A DNA stretch of 64,000 nt, from the NCBI GenBank assembly GCA_963664435.2, contig CAXXKM010000001.1, positions 352,001 to 416,000 on the forward strand. The letters are read 5' to 3'. Position 1 is the first letter of the stretch; every line of letters begins with the position of its first letter. A program made the position numbers and the translations under genes. Source of the DNA: Longimicrobiales bacterium. Its GTDB lineage: Bacteria; Gemmatimonadota; Gemmatimonadetes; Longimicrobiales; Gaopeijiaceae. The notes beneath the pieces were generated by a model that saw only the letters and a list, made by a program, of their open reading frames with translations, was not told the origin of the DNA and did not search any database. Positions 46,432 to 56,336 of this stretch are shown one piece after another.

Positions 46432-47349
46432 TCAGGCGCGCGGGTGCGCGCCGCCGTAGATGCGCTTGAGTCGTTCCTTGGATGTGTGCGTGTAGATCTG
46501 CGTCGTGGAAAGCGAGATGTGGCCCAGCAGCTCCTTGACCGACACCAGATCGGCGCCGGAGTCGATGAGGTGGGTCGCGAAGCTGTGCCGCAGCGAGTGA
46601 ACCGAAAGCCCCTCCGCTTCCGCTCCCCGTTCCAGCGCATTGCGTACGACGTACTGGATGGAGCGGCGCGAGAGGCGGCGGCCGTGGCGGCTCACGATGG
46701 CGGCGCGGCGGTCGCCCTCGTTCAGCGACACCACGCGTTCCCGATGCGGCTCGTAGCGCCTGAGCGCCCGCACCGCAGCCCCTGTCAGCGGCACGATGCG
46801 TTCCTTTCGCCCCTTCCCCATCACGCGCACGCGGTCCGAAATCAGGTCGATGCGGTCGCGGTCGAGCCCGTGGAGTTCGGCCAGGCGCACCCCGCTGCCG
46901 TACAGGATCTCGAGAATCGCCAGGTTCCGGGTGCCGAGAAAGGTGTTCTCGGCGGCGCGCGCCTCCGCGACGCGGAAGACGGCCCGTGCGTCGGCGTGCG
47001 ACAGATGTCCGGGAAGTGGCTTGTCGGCGCGGGGCGTGCGGAGCGCGCGCGCGGGGTTGCTCTCGATGTGCCCTTCCAGGTGCAGGAAGCGAAACAGGGA
47101 GCGGAGGGCCGAGAGCTTCCGCGCCGAGGTGCGCCGGGAGAGCCTGCGCCGGCGGCAGTGTCCCAGAAAGCCCCGAAGGGCGAGCCGGTCGACGTCGGCC
47201 CAGCTCCAGCCGGCATGCTCGGTGTAGTCCGCGAAGAAGCGCTCGAAGTCGCGAATGTCGCGCCGGTATCCAGAGACCGTGTTCGGGGAGAGCTGCCGTT
47301 CGTCGGCGAGCGAACGCAGGAACTCGCCGGCTTCGGGACTGACGCTCAC
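46432..47349 (-). CDS. xerC: Tyrosine recombinase XerC
   Basis: LYGSGVRLAE, GKGRKER, HSLRHSFATH, LLGH...TTQIYTH; topA-xerC-hslVU order. Confidence 0.9.
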   Translation of the reverse strand: MSVSPEAGEFLRSLADERQLSPNTVSGYRRDIRDFERFFADYTEHAGWSWADVDRLALRGFLGHCRRRRLSRRTSARKLSALRSLFRFLHLEGHIESNPARALRTPRADKPLPGHLSHADARAVFRVAEARAAENTFLGTRNLAILEILYGSGVRLAELHGLDRDRIDLISDRVRVMGKGRKERIVPLTGAAVRALRRYEPHRERVVSLNEGDRRAAIVSRHGRRLSRRSIQYVVRNALERGAEAEGLSVHSLRHSFATHLIDSGADLVSVKELLGHISLSTTQIYTHTSKERLKRIYGGAHPRA

Positions 47350-47365
47350 GCGGCCCTGCGGTCCG

Positions 47366-50032
47366 TCATCGCCGCTTGCGGGTCCGGGGGGCGCGGGTGC
47401 TGCGGACCCCCTTGCGCGCGGCCTTGCGCGCGGCGGCCCGGGCCAGCAGCTCGAGCGCCTCGTCCGCTCCGAGGGACTCGGGATCCCTGCCCCTGGGGAT
47501 GCCGGCGTTCACCTTGCCATCGGTGACATAGGGCCCGTAGCGCCCCTTGTAGACGTTCAGGGGTTCGCCCGTCTCGGGGTGCCGGCCTGCGACGGCGAGC
47601 ACGGTCTTGCCGGGCCTGGTGCTCATGAGTGGGAGCGCCTCCTCCAGCGTGATGTCGAACGCCCGCTCGACCGACTCGAGGTTGCGATAGGTCTTTGCGC
47701 GCCTGACGTATGGCCCGTACTTGCCCAATCCGGCCTCCACGGGCTGCCCCGTGCCGGGGTCCTTGCCCAGTGCGCGCGGCAGCGACAGCAGTCGGAGGGC
47801 GAAAGCCAGAGCGACCTGGTCCGGTGACCTGCCCTTCGGAAGGCTGACCCGCTTGGGCTTGGGCTTGGCATCGTCTTCGCCCAGCTGAACGTAGGGGCCG
47901 AATGGGCCGGTGCGGACGTAGACGTTGAGACCCGTCTCCGGGTCGCGGCCGAGAGGTGCTCTTCCGCGCAGTCCCGATTCGATCAGCTTCGATGCCGTTT
48001 CGGGGGTCAACTCGTCGATCAGGAGGTCGACCGGGAGCGCAGCCTTCGGACTGCCCTTTTCCACGCCGCGCTGAATGAAGATGTGCTGCTTGCCGATGCG
48101 CACGAAGAGGGGATCGCCGGTGGCCGGATCATCGCCCAGCGGAAGTGCCGGATACTCGATGCGCGGCAGCTCTTCCTCGATGCGCCTCTCCAGCCCGGGC
48201 GCGTCGCTGCCGTCGCCGCGGAAGAAGTCGGAGAGAAAACGGACGTGATTCACCGACCCGCGGGCGATCCGGTCGAGCGCATCCTCCATCCCCGCCGTGA
48301 ACTTGAGGTCGACGTAGTGCGGGAAGTGATCGCGCAGCAGTTGCGTGACGCAGAGACCCACAAAGGTGGGCACCAGGACGCCCTTCTTGCGGATCGCGTA
48401 TCCGCGCGCGAGGAGCTTGGCGAGGGTGGGCTCATAGGTGGACGGCCGTCCGATGCCCTCCTCCTCGAGCTTGCGCACCAGCCCGGACTCGGAGAAGCGC
48501 GAGCGCGGCTGGGTCTGCTTGCCGAGAGGTTCGACTTCGGTGATGTCGACCCTCCGGTGAGCGCCGTCCCCGGTGGGGTTCGACTGCAGGGCGCCCTCGC
48601 CGCCGCCGACCATCTGGCCTTCCACCAGGCGCGGGAGGATGACGTCCTTGCGACTCGCTCCCCATACCCGCAGGAACCCGTCGAAACGCACCACCGAGCC
48701 GGTCGACCGGAAGATGTGTTCGTGCTCGCCGACATCCACCTCGAACTCGACGGTGGTGCCGGCGATGCGGGCATCGGCCATTTGCGAGGCTACGGCGCGG
48801 CGCCAGATGAGCGCATACAGCTTGAGCTGGTTTGCATTCAGAACACCGCGGAGCGATTCGGGAGTCCGGCCGATCACGGTCGGGCGAATGGCCTCGTGGG
48901 CCTCCTGCGCGTTGCGGGACCGGGTCGCGTAGGTACGCGCGCCCTGGTGATACTCGTCCCCGTAGCGCCCGCGGATGAAGCGGGCCGCGTCCGCGAGCGC
49001 CTTCCGGCTGAGGCTCACGGAGTCGGTGCGCATGTAGGTGATCAGCCCCTGGCGGTCGCCGCCGCCCAGATCGATCCCCTCGTACAGCTGCTGGGCCAAT
49101 TGCATCGTGCGCTTGGGGGTCGAACTTGCCGCCTGCTGCAGGGTGGAGGTGGTGAAGGGTGGGGCCGGGCGCCGCTTTTTCTCCTTTTCCTCAACCCGGG
49201 CGACCCGCCAGGGACGGGTCTCCATCGCCTCCCGGGCGACGCGGCCGGCGGCATCGCCGTCCAGCACCACCACGTTTCCGGAGCGTCGCAGCGCCCCGGT
49301 CCTGGCGTCGAAGCTCTTTGCGGTGGCCACGGCCTTGCCGCCGGTCCGGATCAGGTCGGCGGTGAAACCGGCGGTGTCCCCGCTCCGGGCGCCGGGCGAG
49401 TCCTCCGCGAGCGTCGCCCGCACGGCCCAGTATTCGGAGGAGTTGAACGCCTGACGCTCCTCCTCCCTCTCCACCATGAGCCGCAAAGCGGCGCTCTGAA
49501 CGCGGCCGGCGCTCAGACCGGCGCGCACCTTCCTCCAGAGCACCGGCGAGAGCGAGTAGCCGAACAGGCGATCGAGGACGCGGCGGGTCTCCTGTGCGCG
49601 GACCAGCTGTCCGTCCACCTGCCTCGGCTCCGCAAGAGCGGCCTTGATGGCGCTCGAGGTGATCTCGTGAAATGCGATGCGTTGAACCGGCACCCGCGGC
49701 TTGAGCTCCTCGAGCAGGTGCCAGCTGATGGACTCTCCCTCGCGGTCCTCGTCGGTGGCGAGGATGAGTTCTTCCGCGTCCCTGACCTTCTTCCGCAGTG
49801 CGGCGATGTGCTTTCTCGACTCGGAGGGGACGACGTAGACCGGTTCGAAGTTGCCTTCGATATCGACGCCCAGCCGCGCCCATGGCTTCGAGCGCAGGTG
49901 CGCCGGGACTTCCTTGGCCGAGCGAGGCAGGTCGCGGATATGCCCGACACTGGCCGCGACCTCGTAGTCCCGGCCCAGAAAGCGTTTGATGGTGTCGGCC
50001 TTGGCGGGAGACTCGACGATGACGAGTTTCAT
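47366..50032 (-). CDS. topA: DNA topoisomerase I (type IA, C-terminal repeat type)
   Basis: [49 protein letters not shown]; G(P/K/R)(F/Y)GPYV repeats; basic tail. Confidence 0.95.
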   Translation of the reverse strand: [888 protein letters not shown]

Positions 50033-50619
50033 GGCGAGTGAGCTGTCGCTGGGCTGGAAGTGGGCGGTTCGACGGCTTGGCGCGCGAGGCGAGCGATCCG
50101 ACTCGCTAGTGCGGATACGGAATACTCCTCGGCGTCCAGTGTCAACCGGGCGAGACGGTAGTACGACTCGCGTCGGGCAAGCAAGCGCCGGGCGCGCTCG
50201 ACCGGTCGGGCGACGTTCAGAAGAGGTCGTTCGCCCTCCTGCGCCCGGTCCCGCGCCACCGCCGTCTCCGCGGTGACTTTGAGCCAGACGGAGAGGGTGT
50301 CGGCGGCCAGCTCCTCCATGTGGCCGGGCTGGGCCGCCCAGCCGCCCCCCGGCACGAGGACGGTCCGGTCGCGGAGGAGGAAGCGGCGCGCCGCCCGCGC
50401 CTCGATCGCCCTGAACCCTGCTTCGCCGGACCGTTCGAAGATGGCCGGGATTTCCTGTCCGGTCTCGCGGCGGATTTCGTCGTCCAGATCGACGAAGCGC
50501 CAGCCGAGCAGCTGCGCCACTTCGCGACCGACGGCCGACTTCCCGCTGGCCATGAAGCCGACCAGGAGGATCCGTGAAGGCGGGGGCGGGGCACCTTCGC
50601 CGCCGGCCGGGTCAATCAT
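50029..50619 (-). CDS. aroK: Shikimate kinase
   Basis: LVGFMASGKS, DLD, GEAGFR, GGG, RPLL. Confidence 0.92.
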   Translation of the reverse strand: MIDPAGGEGAPPPPSRILLVGFMASGKSAVGREVAQLLGWRFVDLDDEIRRETGQEIPAIFERSGEAGFRAIEARAARRFLLRDRTVLVPGGGWAAQPGHMEELAADTLSVWLKVTAETAVARDRAQEGERPLLNVARPVERARRLLARRESYYRLARLTLDAEEYSVSALASRIARLARQAVEPPTSSPATAHSP

Positions 50620-51820
50620 GATGTCGGCGGCGCTCGCGCAGGTAGGCGGTGTAGCTCTCGTAGTTCCGGCGCATCTCGGAGAGGCTGTCACCCCCGAACT
50701 TCTCGATGAGGGCGTCGGCCACCACGAGCGCGGCCATGGCCTCTCCCACCACGGCGGCGGCGGGCACGGAGCAGACGTCGCTCCGCTCCACGGCGGCATC
50801 GGCCGTCGAACCGTCCCGCAGGTCCACGCTGGGCAGCCGCTTGCGCAGTGTCGAGATCGGCTTCATGGCCGCGCGGATGACCAGCGGCTCCCCGGTGGTG
50901 ACGCCGCCCTCGAGGCCACCGGCACGGTTGGAGGGGCGTGCGTATCCGCTCGGGGGCCGGTCGCCCGGGGCGGGGTGGATGGGATCGTGGACGCGCGACC
51001 CCGGCCGTCGGGCACCCTCGAACCCGAGGCCCAGTTCGACCCCCTTGATGGCGTGAATCGACATCATCGCGCCGGCGAGGCGGCCGTCCAGCTTGGTGTC
51101 CCAGGAAATGTAGCTCCCCAGCCCCACCGGTACGTGCCGGACCACCACATCGAATATGCCTCCGAGCGTATCTCCCTCCTCCTTCGCCCGGTCTATGGAC
51201 GCCATGATGCGGACCGCCGCATCCGGATCCAGCGTGCGTACGGGCGAGGCGTCCGCCTCGGCGTTGAGGTCGTCCGGAAGCTCGTCCGGAAGAGTGGTCT
51301 CGATATCCCCGATCGAGATCACGTGCGATCCCACCGTGATCCCGAACTCCCGCAGCAGGGTCTTGGCGACGGCGCCGCACGCCACCCGGGCGGCAGTCTC
51401 GCGGGCGCTGGCCCGCTCGAGAATGTCGCGGGTGTCCTGCCGGTCATACTTGAGCACGCCGACCAGATCGGCGTGTCCCGGCCGCGGCAGATGCATGCGA
51501 CGCAGTGCCTTGGGGTTGCCTTCCGGATCCGGGGGAGCATGGCTCATCGCCGTCGTCCAGTTCTTCCAGTCGCGGTTCCAGAGCAGCATTCCGATGGGCG
51601 AGCCCAGCGTCTCCCCGAGACGCACGCCCGAGATCAGCTCGATGCGGTCGGCCTCGATCTGCATGCGGCGGCCACGGCCGTATCCAGCCATCCGGCGCTT
51701 CATATCCGGATCGACATCGCACTCCGTCGAGAGTGGCAGTCCGGCCGGCAATCCTTCCAGAATCGCCAGCAGGCCCCGCCCATGGGACTCGCCTGCCGTC
51801 CGAAAACTGATTCGCCTCAT
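50612..51820 (-). CDS. aroC: Chorismate synthase
   Basis: TAGESHG, RPGHAD, ERASARETA, NRAGGLEGG, MKPISTL, RSDVC. Confidence 0.96.
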   Translation of the reverse strand: MRRISFRTAGESHGRGLLAILEGLPAGLPLSTECDVDPDMKRRMAGYGRGRRMQIEADRIELISGVRLGETLGSPIGMLLWNRDWKNWTTAMSHAPPDPEGNPKALRRMHLPRPGHADLVGVLKYDRQDTRDILERASARETAARVACGAVAKTLLREFGITVGSHVISIGDIETTLPDELPDDLNAEADASPVRTLDPDAAVRIMASIDRAKEEGDTLGGIFDVVVRHVPVGLGSYISWDTKLDGRLAGAMMSIHAIKGVELGLGFEGARRPGSRVHDPIHPAPGDRPPSGYARPSNRAGGLEGGVTTGEPLVIRAAMKPISTLRKRLPSVDLRDGSTADAAVERSDVCSVPAAAVVGEAMAALVVADALIEKFGGDSLSEMRRNYESYTAYLRERRRHHD

Positions 51821-51853
51821 GTGGTTGAATCTCCCGGAGAGAGGGTTGGCGGA

Positions 51854-51882
51854 GTCATAGCCAACCGTCCCTCGGGCGTCAA
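51854..51882 (-). promoter_or_regulatory. Putative sigma70 promoter for aroC-aroK-topA
   Basis: TTGACG-N17-TATGAC on the - strand. Confidence 0.4.
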
Positions 51883-52113
51883 CCCGCGGCGCATGCCGGA
51901 ATTCGGAGGAACCCGCGCCCGCGGGCCCCGGCGATCCTGCGTACCCGGACCTTCGGCGCCCGCGCGAACGGCGGCGGCCGCCAGGCCCGGTCGGGGTGCG
52001 CTCGCGCGGATTCATCGACGGCCGGCGCGAAACCCCTCCCGCCGGCCAGGAGGAAGAGAGCAAGCCGGCCAGGAGTAGCAGGGCAAGCCGCTCGTCATCC
52101 CGATCCCGGACGG

Positions 52114-53571
52114 CTACGGTTCGATGTACGGCGTCACCAGGATGACCAGATCGCGCTGGATTCTCTGCCTGCGGTCGACCCGGAAGAGCGCGCCCAGCAC
52201 AGGGATCCTCATCAACAGGGGGATCCCCGAGCGGCTCTCGATCTCCTCTGTCACCGTCAGCCCGCCGATGACGACCGTCTCGCTGTCCCGGACCAGCACC
52301 CGGGAAGCCGCTTCCTGGGTATGGAAGACGACACCGGCATCGGCTGCGGCCGGGGTGAATTCCGCAAAGGAGCGTTCCGCGTGGAGGTCGAGCAGGACGT
52401 TGCCCCCCTCGGTAACGTGCGGGGTCACCTCGAAGACGATGCCCGTCTCCTGAATCTCCACGGCGGCCGTGGGCACCACAGGCGACTGGACCCCGCCGCC
52501 GCCGCCGCCGCCCGCATCCAATACCCTGATGGGCGTGCGCTCCCCCACCAGGATGCGGGCTGTCTGGTTGTCCAGCACGGAGATGTAGGGGGCCGCCTCC
52601 ATGCGCGACAGGTTGAGCGTCTCCAGCGCGTCCAGGAAGGCGAGCAGCGTGTGTCGTCCCAGGAGCAGCGAGGTCAGCACCGAGAGCGCGGAGCCCGAGA
52701 TGCGGCTTCCCGCATTGCCGAGGGCGGAGATGGAGTTCCCGTCCAGCAACACCACGTCCTCGTTGACCGATTCCCCGGATGCGCTACTCCCGGAAGCCTC
52801 TCCACCCGTCCCCTGTGCGTCTTCGCCGGGATCGGGTGCGCCGGGTGGGAGAAAAAGCTGCTGGCCGCGGGAGTCGCGCAGATCATAGCCGACCCCGAGT
52901 TCCTCCAACCCGGTCCGGTTCACGAAGACGATCCGGGCGGAAATGGTGATCTGCGGAGCGCGGATGTCGAGTTCCCGGACGAGCGCGTCGACCTGAGTCA
53001 GCACTCTCGAGACATCCATCACGATGACGCTGTTGGTGGCCAGCGAGAGAGATGCGCTGCCCCGGTCGCTCAGGAGCGACTGCACGGAGGGCAGCACGTC
53101 GGCGGCGGTTGCGTAGCTCATGTGAAACACCCGGGTTTCCAGGGGCTCCACGCCTTCGCGCCGACTCAGGTTCTCGATGTCGTCCACCCGGAGAATGCCG
53201 CTCTCCAGTTCGCGCGCGGCCAGCCCGTGCGAATCGAGGATGACGCGGAGGGCTTCGTCCCAGGGCTGGTCCCGTATGTCGGCCGACACGATGCCGGTTA
53301 CGTCGGCTCCGGGAACGATGGAAATGTCCGCGAACTCCGAGAATGTGAAGAGCACATCCCGGAGCGGAGCCGCGACGAAGGTGGCGGTGATGCGCGGTTC
53401 CGCGGGAGGCGGCTGGGCAACCTGCGCTGCGAGCATGGCGGGGGCGGCCACGTCCGCGGAATGGACACCCTCCCACGAACTGGGCGCAGCGGCGTACGCC
53501 GCGCCGTGAAGGGGAGGTACATCCACCCAGTGGAACCACAGACTCATCCATGCAACCAGCATCCGTCTCAT
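52114..53571 (-). CDS. pilQ: Type IV pilus secretin (PilQ-like, no evident AMIN domains)
   Basis: DQPWDEAL, TNSVIV.D, QITISARIV, VTPHV, TVVIGGL, GIPLLMRIPVLGALF, LVILVTP. Confidence 0.9.
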   Translation of the reverse strand: MRRMLVAWMSLWFHWVDVPPLHGAAYAAAPSSWEGVHSADVAAPAMLAAQVAQPPPAEPRITATFVAAPLRDVLFTFSEFADISIVPGADVTGIVSADIRDQPWDEALRVILDSHGLAARELESGILRVDDIENLSRREGVEPLETRVFHMSYATAADVLPSVQSLLSDRGSASLSLATNSVIVMDVSRVLTQVDALVRELDIRAPQITISARIVFVNRTGLEELGVGYDLRDSRGQQLFLPPGAPDPGEDAQGTGGEASGSSASGESVNEDVVLLDGNSISALGNAGSRISGSALSVLTSLLLGRHTLLAFLDALETLNLSRMEAAPYISVLDNQTARILVGERTPIRVLDAGGGGGGGVQSPVVPTAAVEIQETGIVFEVTPHVTEGGNVLLDLHAERSFAEFTPAAADAGVVFHTQEAASRVLVRDSETVVIGGLTVTEEIESRSGIPLLMRIPVLGALFRVDRRQRIQRDLVILVTPYIEP

Positions 53572-54062
53572 CGCCCCTCTCTCCCTCGTTGTCGATTCAG
53601 GCGCAACCCGCGTCGCTCACCAACCCCGAATCGCGTGATCTCGAAGATCACGCGCTCCTGCTCGACCCGGAGGACTTTCATGTCGCCGAAAACCACATCC
53701 TGTCGAAGGCGAAACGTGCGTTCACCGGTGCCGGCCGAGGCCGCCGGGGTCGCTGTCCTCGAACTGACCAGAGCGACGCTCTCGCGTGGGTCGGGGGAAT
53801 GGATGACGCCGACAAGCCGTAGCTCCTCGAACCGGATTCCCGCCGAGTCGCCGGGCAGAAGCCGCTCAAACGGGTCGCGCCGAGCGCCTCCCGGGTAGAC
53901 GAAGACCTCCCGGACAAGACTCGGTTCGCCAACATCGGTTCCAGACGCCGCGGGGACGCCTTCCGAATCGGGCAACGTCGGAGGTCGAGTCTGTCCGATG
54001 ACTGCCCGAGGTGCCAGCGCTGCGGCCACGAGAACAGGCACGAGGATCAGTACTGCGTTCAT
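53568..54062 (-). CDS. PilP-like pilus assembly protein
   Basis: Signal peptide, RRDPF motif, LRLVGVI; lies between pilO and pilQ. Confidence 0.65.
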   Translation of the reverse strand: MNAVLILVPVLVAAALAPRAVIGQTRPPTLPDSEGVPAASGTDVGEPSLVREVFVYPGGARRDPFERLLPGDSAGIRFEELRLVGVIHSPDPRESVALVSSRTATPAASAGTGERTFRLRQDVVFGDMKVLRVEQERVIFEITRFGVGERRGLRLNRQRGREGR

Positions 54063-54667
54063 CGAGCGAACTCGATCGGCAGCCCGTTCGACCCGGCGGC
54101 AGCAATCCCTGCCGGCGGACGCACATACGTCTCGATCCGGAAGTGGGCCCGCACCGTCGAATCGTCCTGGATGGACGGGTCGGCAACCGAAGTCATCTCC
54201 AGCTCCATCGGCGCAACGATGCGGGGCAGCGACGCGACCGCCGTAAGAAAGCGGGCGACTTCGTGGTAGCCCCCCACTACCGACAGGTCATAGCTCCGCT
54301 TCGCGTAGAACGGACCGGTCCCCCCTTCACCGGGGCGAATGAAGGCCAGATCGCCCAGCCCCGAGCGCCGGGCTTCGGCCGCAAGCGATTCAAGGAGCGC
54401 AGGGAGCTCCTCGCTGCGGGGAATCAGCTGCTCCAGCCGCGCGATGCGATCCGCGGAGCGTTTCAGCCGGCGCTCGAGTTGCATCGTCCCCTCGGGCACC
54501 AGGCCCCGCGCATCGTCGTTTCCGGCCTCCAGCCGCTCCAGCCGGCGCTCAAGCCGCTGGACCTCGCCGTCCCGGCCGCGGTGCTCATGGTAGACCAGGG
54601 CGGCGGCCAGCGTTACCAGGACCGCGCCGAGCAACGCGGGACGCGGACCCGGGAGGCGGATCCTCAT
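54059..54667 (-). CDS. pilO: Type IV pilus assembly protein PilO
   Basis: TM plus coiled coil, LIPRSEELPALL, GGYHEVARFL..VASLPRIV. Confidence 0.85.
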   Translation of the reverse strand: MRIRLPGPRPALLGAVLVTLAAALVYHEHRGRDGEVQRLERRLERLEAGNDDARGLVPEGTMQLERRLKRSADRIARLEQLIPRSEELPALLESLAAEARRSGLGDLAFIRPGEGGTGPFYAKRSYDLSVVGGYHEVARFLTAVASLPRIVAPMELEMTSVADPSIQDDSTVRAHFRIETYVRPPAGIAAAGSNGLPIEFAR

Positions 54668-55290
54668 GGCGGGTCCTCCATTGCGCGCCGGGGCCGGTAG
54701 GCAACCCACAGCACAAACGAACTGAGGATCCACTCACCGCCGCCCGGCAGTCGTTCCGCGACTTGTTCGGTACCCGCCAGGCTGACGTCGGCCAGGAAGG
54801 GAGAGGCCTCCAGCCGGTTCATGAAGCGCGTCAGGGCGAAGGTGTTGGCGGTTCGCCCCTCGATCTCCACCTGGAGCTGGTCGCCGGTGCCCACTTCCGC
54901 GACGCGCGTCAGCTAGGTGAAGTCCGGCACGGCAGTCGCCACCTCATCGAGGATGCGGGACCAGACATACCGCCCATCGTCGAGCTCCAGTATGACCTGC
55001 ATCCGCGCGGCCGTCGAATCGCGTCCGGCACGCAATTGCTCTGCGGCGGAGATCAGCCCGGCCAGGTCGGTCGAGTCGCGCACGGCCTGGGCGACTCGAT
55101 CCTCCAGAGCCCGGTGCCGGTCGCGCGCGCCCGGGTAGAGCAGCGCCAGCACGAGGAGGGTGACCAGCCCCGGAACGCTCGCCAACAGGTGCCAGCGCGA
55201 CGCCTCTCCCGGAGCCGACGCTTCCGCCGACGAGCTCGGTGTGCGCGTGGCTCGGCGCGCGTCCCGCGGCATCAGGTTTATTTCGATCAC
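54664..55290 (-). pseudogene. pilN: PilN interrupted by an in-frame TAG
   Basis: MIEINLMP N-terminus. ORFs 54913..55290 and 54664..54894 share a frame and are separated only by TAG at 54913-54915 (VPDFT*LTRV), then IEGRT...FMNRLEASPF. Confidence 0.8.
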
Positions 55291-56324
55291 CGGTCGCGGC
55301 TCCGTGAGCAGGAACGCAGCGCCAATCCTACCGGCAGCAGCAGCATGGGCGCGATCTCCTCCAGCTCGACGCCGACGCAGGCATCGGGACGGACGGGGAT
55401 CTGCTCGAAGGGGTTGGCGACATGCGTCTCGACGGAGAGGATGCGGCCCAGAGCATCGGCCAGGCCCGGAATTCGCGCGCCCCCGCCGCTCAGGTAGACG
55501 CGCCCCAGACCCAGGTCGGCAGGCCTCGTCTTGAGGAAAGCCGAAGCCCGCTCCAGCTCAACGGCCATTTCGTCCACGGCGACTTCGATGACCGACTGCA
55601 GATCGGGCGATACCCGCTGGCCGCGAATCATGGCTTCCAGGGCCTGCGTCTCGAGGCCCGTCTCCCGCTGAACGGTCTTGCACAGGGAGCGCACGCCAAA
55701 ATGGAGATCGCGCGTGACTGCGGGGATTCCTTCCTCCACAACGACCACGGTGGTCGTCTCCCAGCCCATGTCCGCGACCATGACGATCCCGTCGGCCGCT
55801 TCGGGATGGTTGTGGATGAGGGCGTTGCCAAGCGCAAAGCCATCCACATCCAGCACTTCGAGCCCGAGCCCGGCGGCGGACACGATGTCGGTGGCGCCAT
55901 GCACGAGGTCTCGTTTGGCCGCCACCAGGAGGACGTCCATCGGATCCCCGGAGGAGAGGATCTGGAAGTCCAGCTCAACGCTGGCAGTATCGAAGGGAAG
56001 ATGCTGTTCGGCTTCCCAGCGGATCACCTCCCGCAGTTCGGACGGCTTCATGCGCTCCAGTTCGACTCGCTTGACGATCACATCGTGACCGCCGACACCG
56101 GTCACCACCTGGCGGCCCCTGAGTCCGGAATCCCGGAACAGCTTGACGATCGCTTCCACGACGGCCGCTCCGGCGTGCGCACCGCCGCCCGCCTCCGTCA
56201 ACGCGCGCACGGCGATTCGAGAGACCTCGGGAGCACTCCCGGCATGGCTCACCTGTACGACCTTCAGGTATCGGCTCCCGACATCCAGACCGATGGAGAC
56301 CCGTCCGCGCCTGAACCAGCCCAT
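55287..56324 (-). CDS. pilM: Type IV pilus assembly protein PilM
   Basis: GLDVGS, IRWEAEQHLPF, LDFQIL, VLLVAAK, LSGGGA, NPF, VGLALR. Confidence 0.92.
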   Translation of the reverse strand: MGWFRRGRVSIGLDVGSRYLKVVQVSHAGSAPEVSRIAVRALTEAGGGAHAGAAVVEAIVKLFRDSGLRGRQVVTGVGGHDVIVKRVELERMKPSELREVIRWEAEQHLPFDTASVELDFQILSSGDPMDVLLVAAKRDLVHGATDIVSAAGLGLEVLDVDGFALGNALIHNHPEAADGIVMVADMGWETTTVVVVEEGIPAVTRDLHFGVRSLCKTVQRETGLETQALEAMIRGQRVSPDLQSVIEVAVDEMAVELERASAFLKTRPADLGLGRVYLSGGGARIPGLADALGRILSVETHVANPFEQIPVRPDACVGVELEEIAPMLLLPVGLALRSCSRSRDR

Positions 56325-56336
56325 CGATCGCGACCG

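Noticed and set aside
46432..47349. Tyrosine recombinase as a mobile-element integrase
   Set aside because: Size, motifs and topA-xerC-hslVU context indicate housekeeping XerC; no att sites or cargo; tRNA-Leu shows no duplicated 3' end.
51821..52113. c-di-AMP riboswitch suggested by CGGAGGAACC
   Set aside because: It is on the strand opposite the flanking genes and the other conserved elements are missing.
54913..54915. Amber recoding or pyrrolysine at the pilN TAG
   Set aside because: TAG ends many genes in this window, no pyl genes are visible, and the position is normally Trp (TGG), so a point change is simpler.
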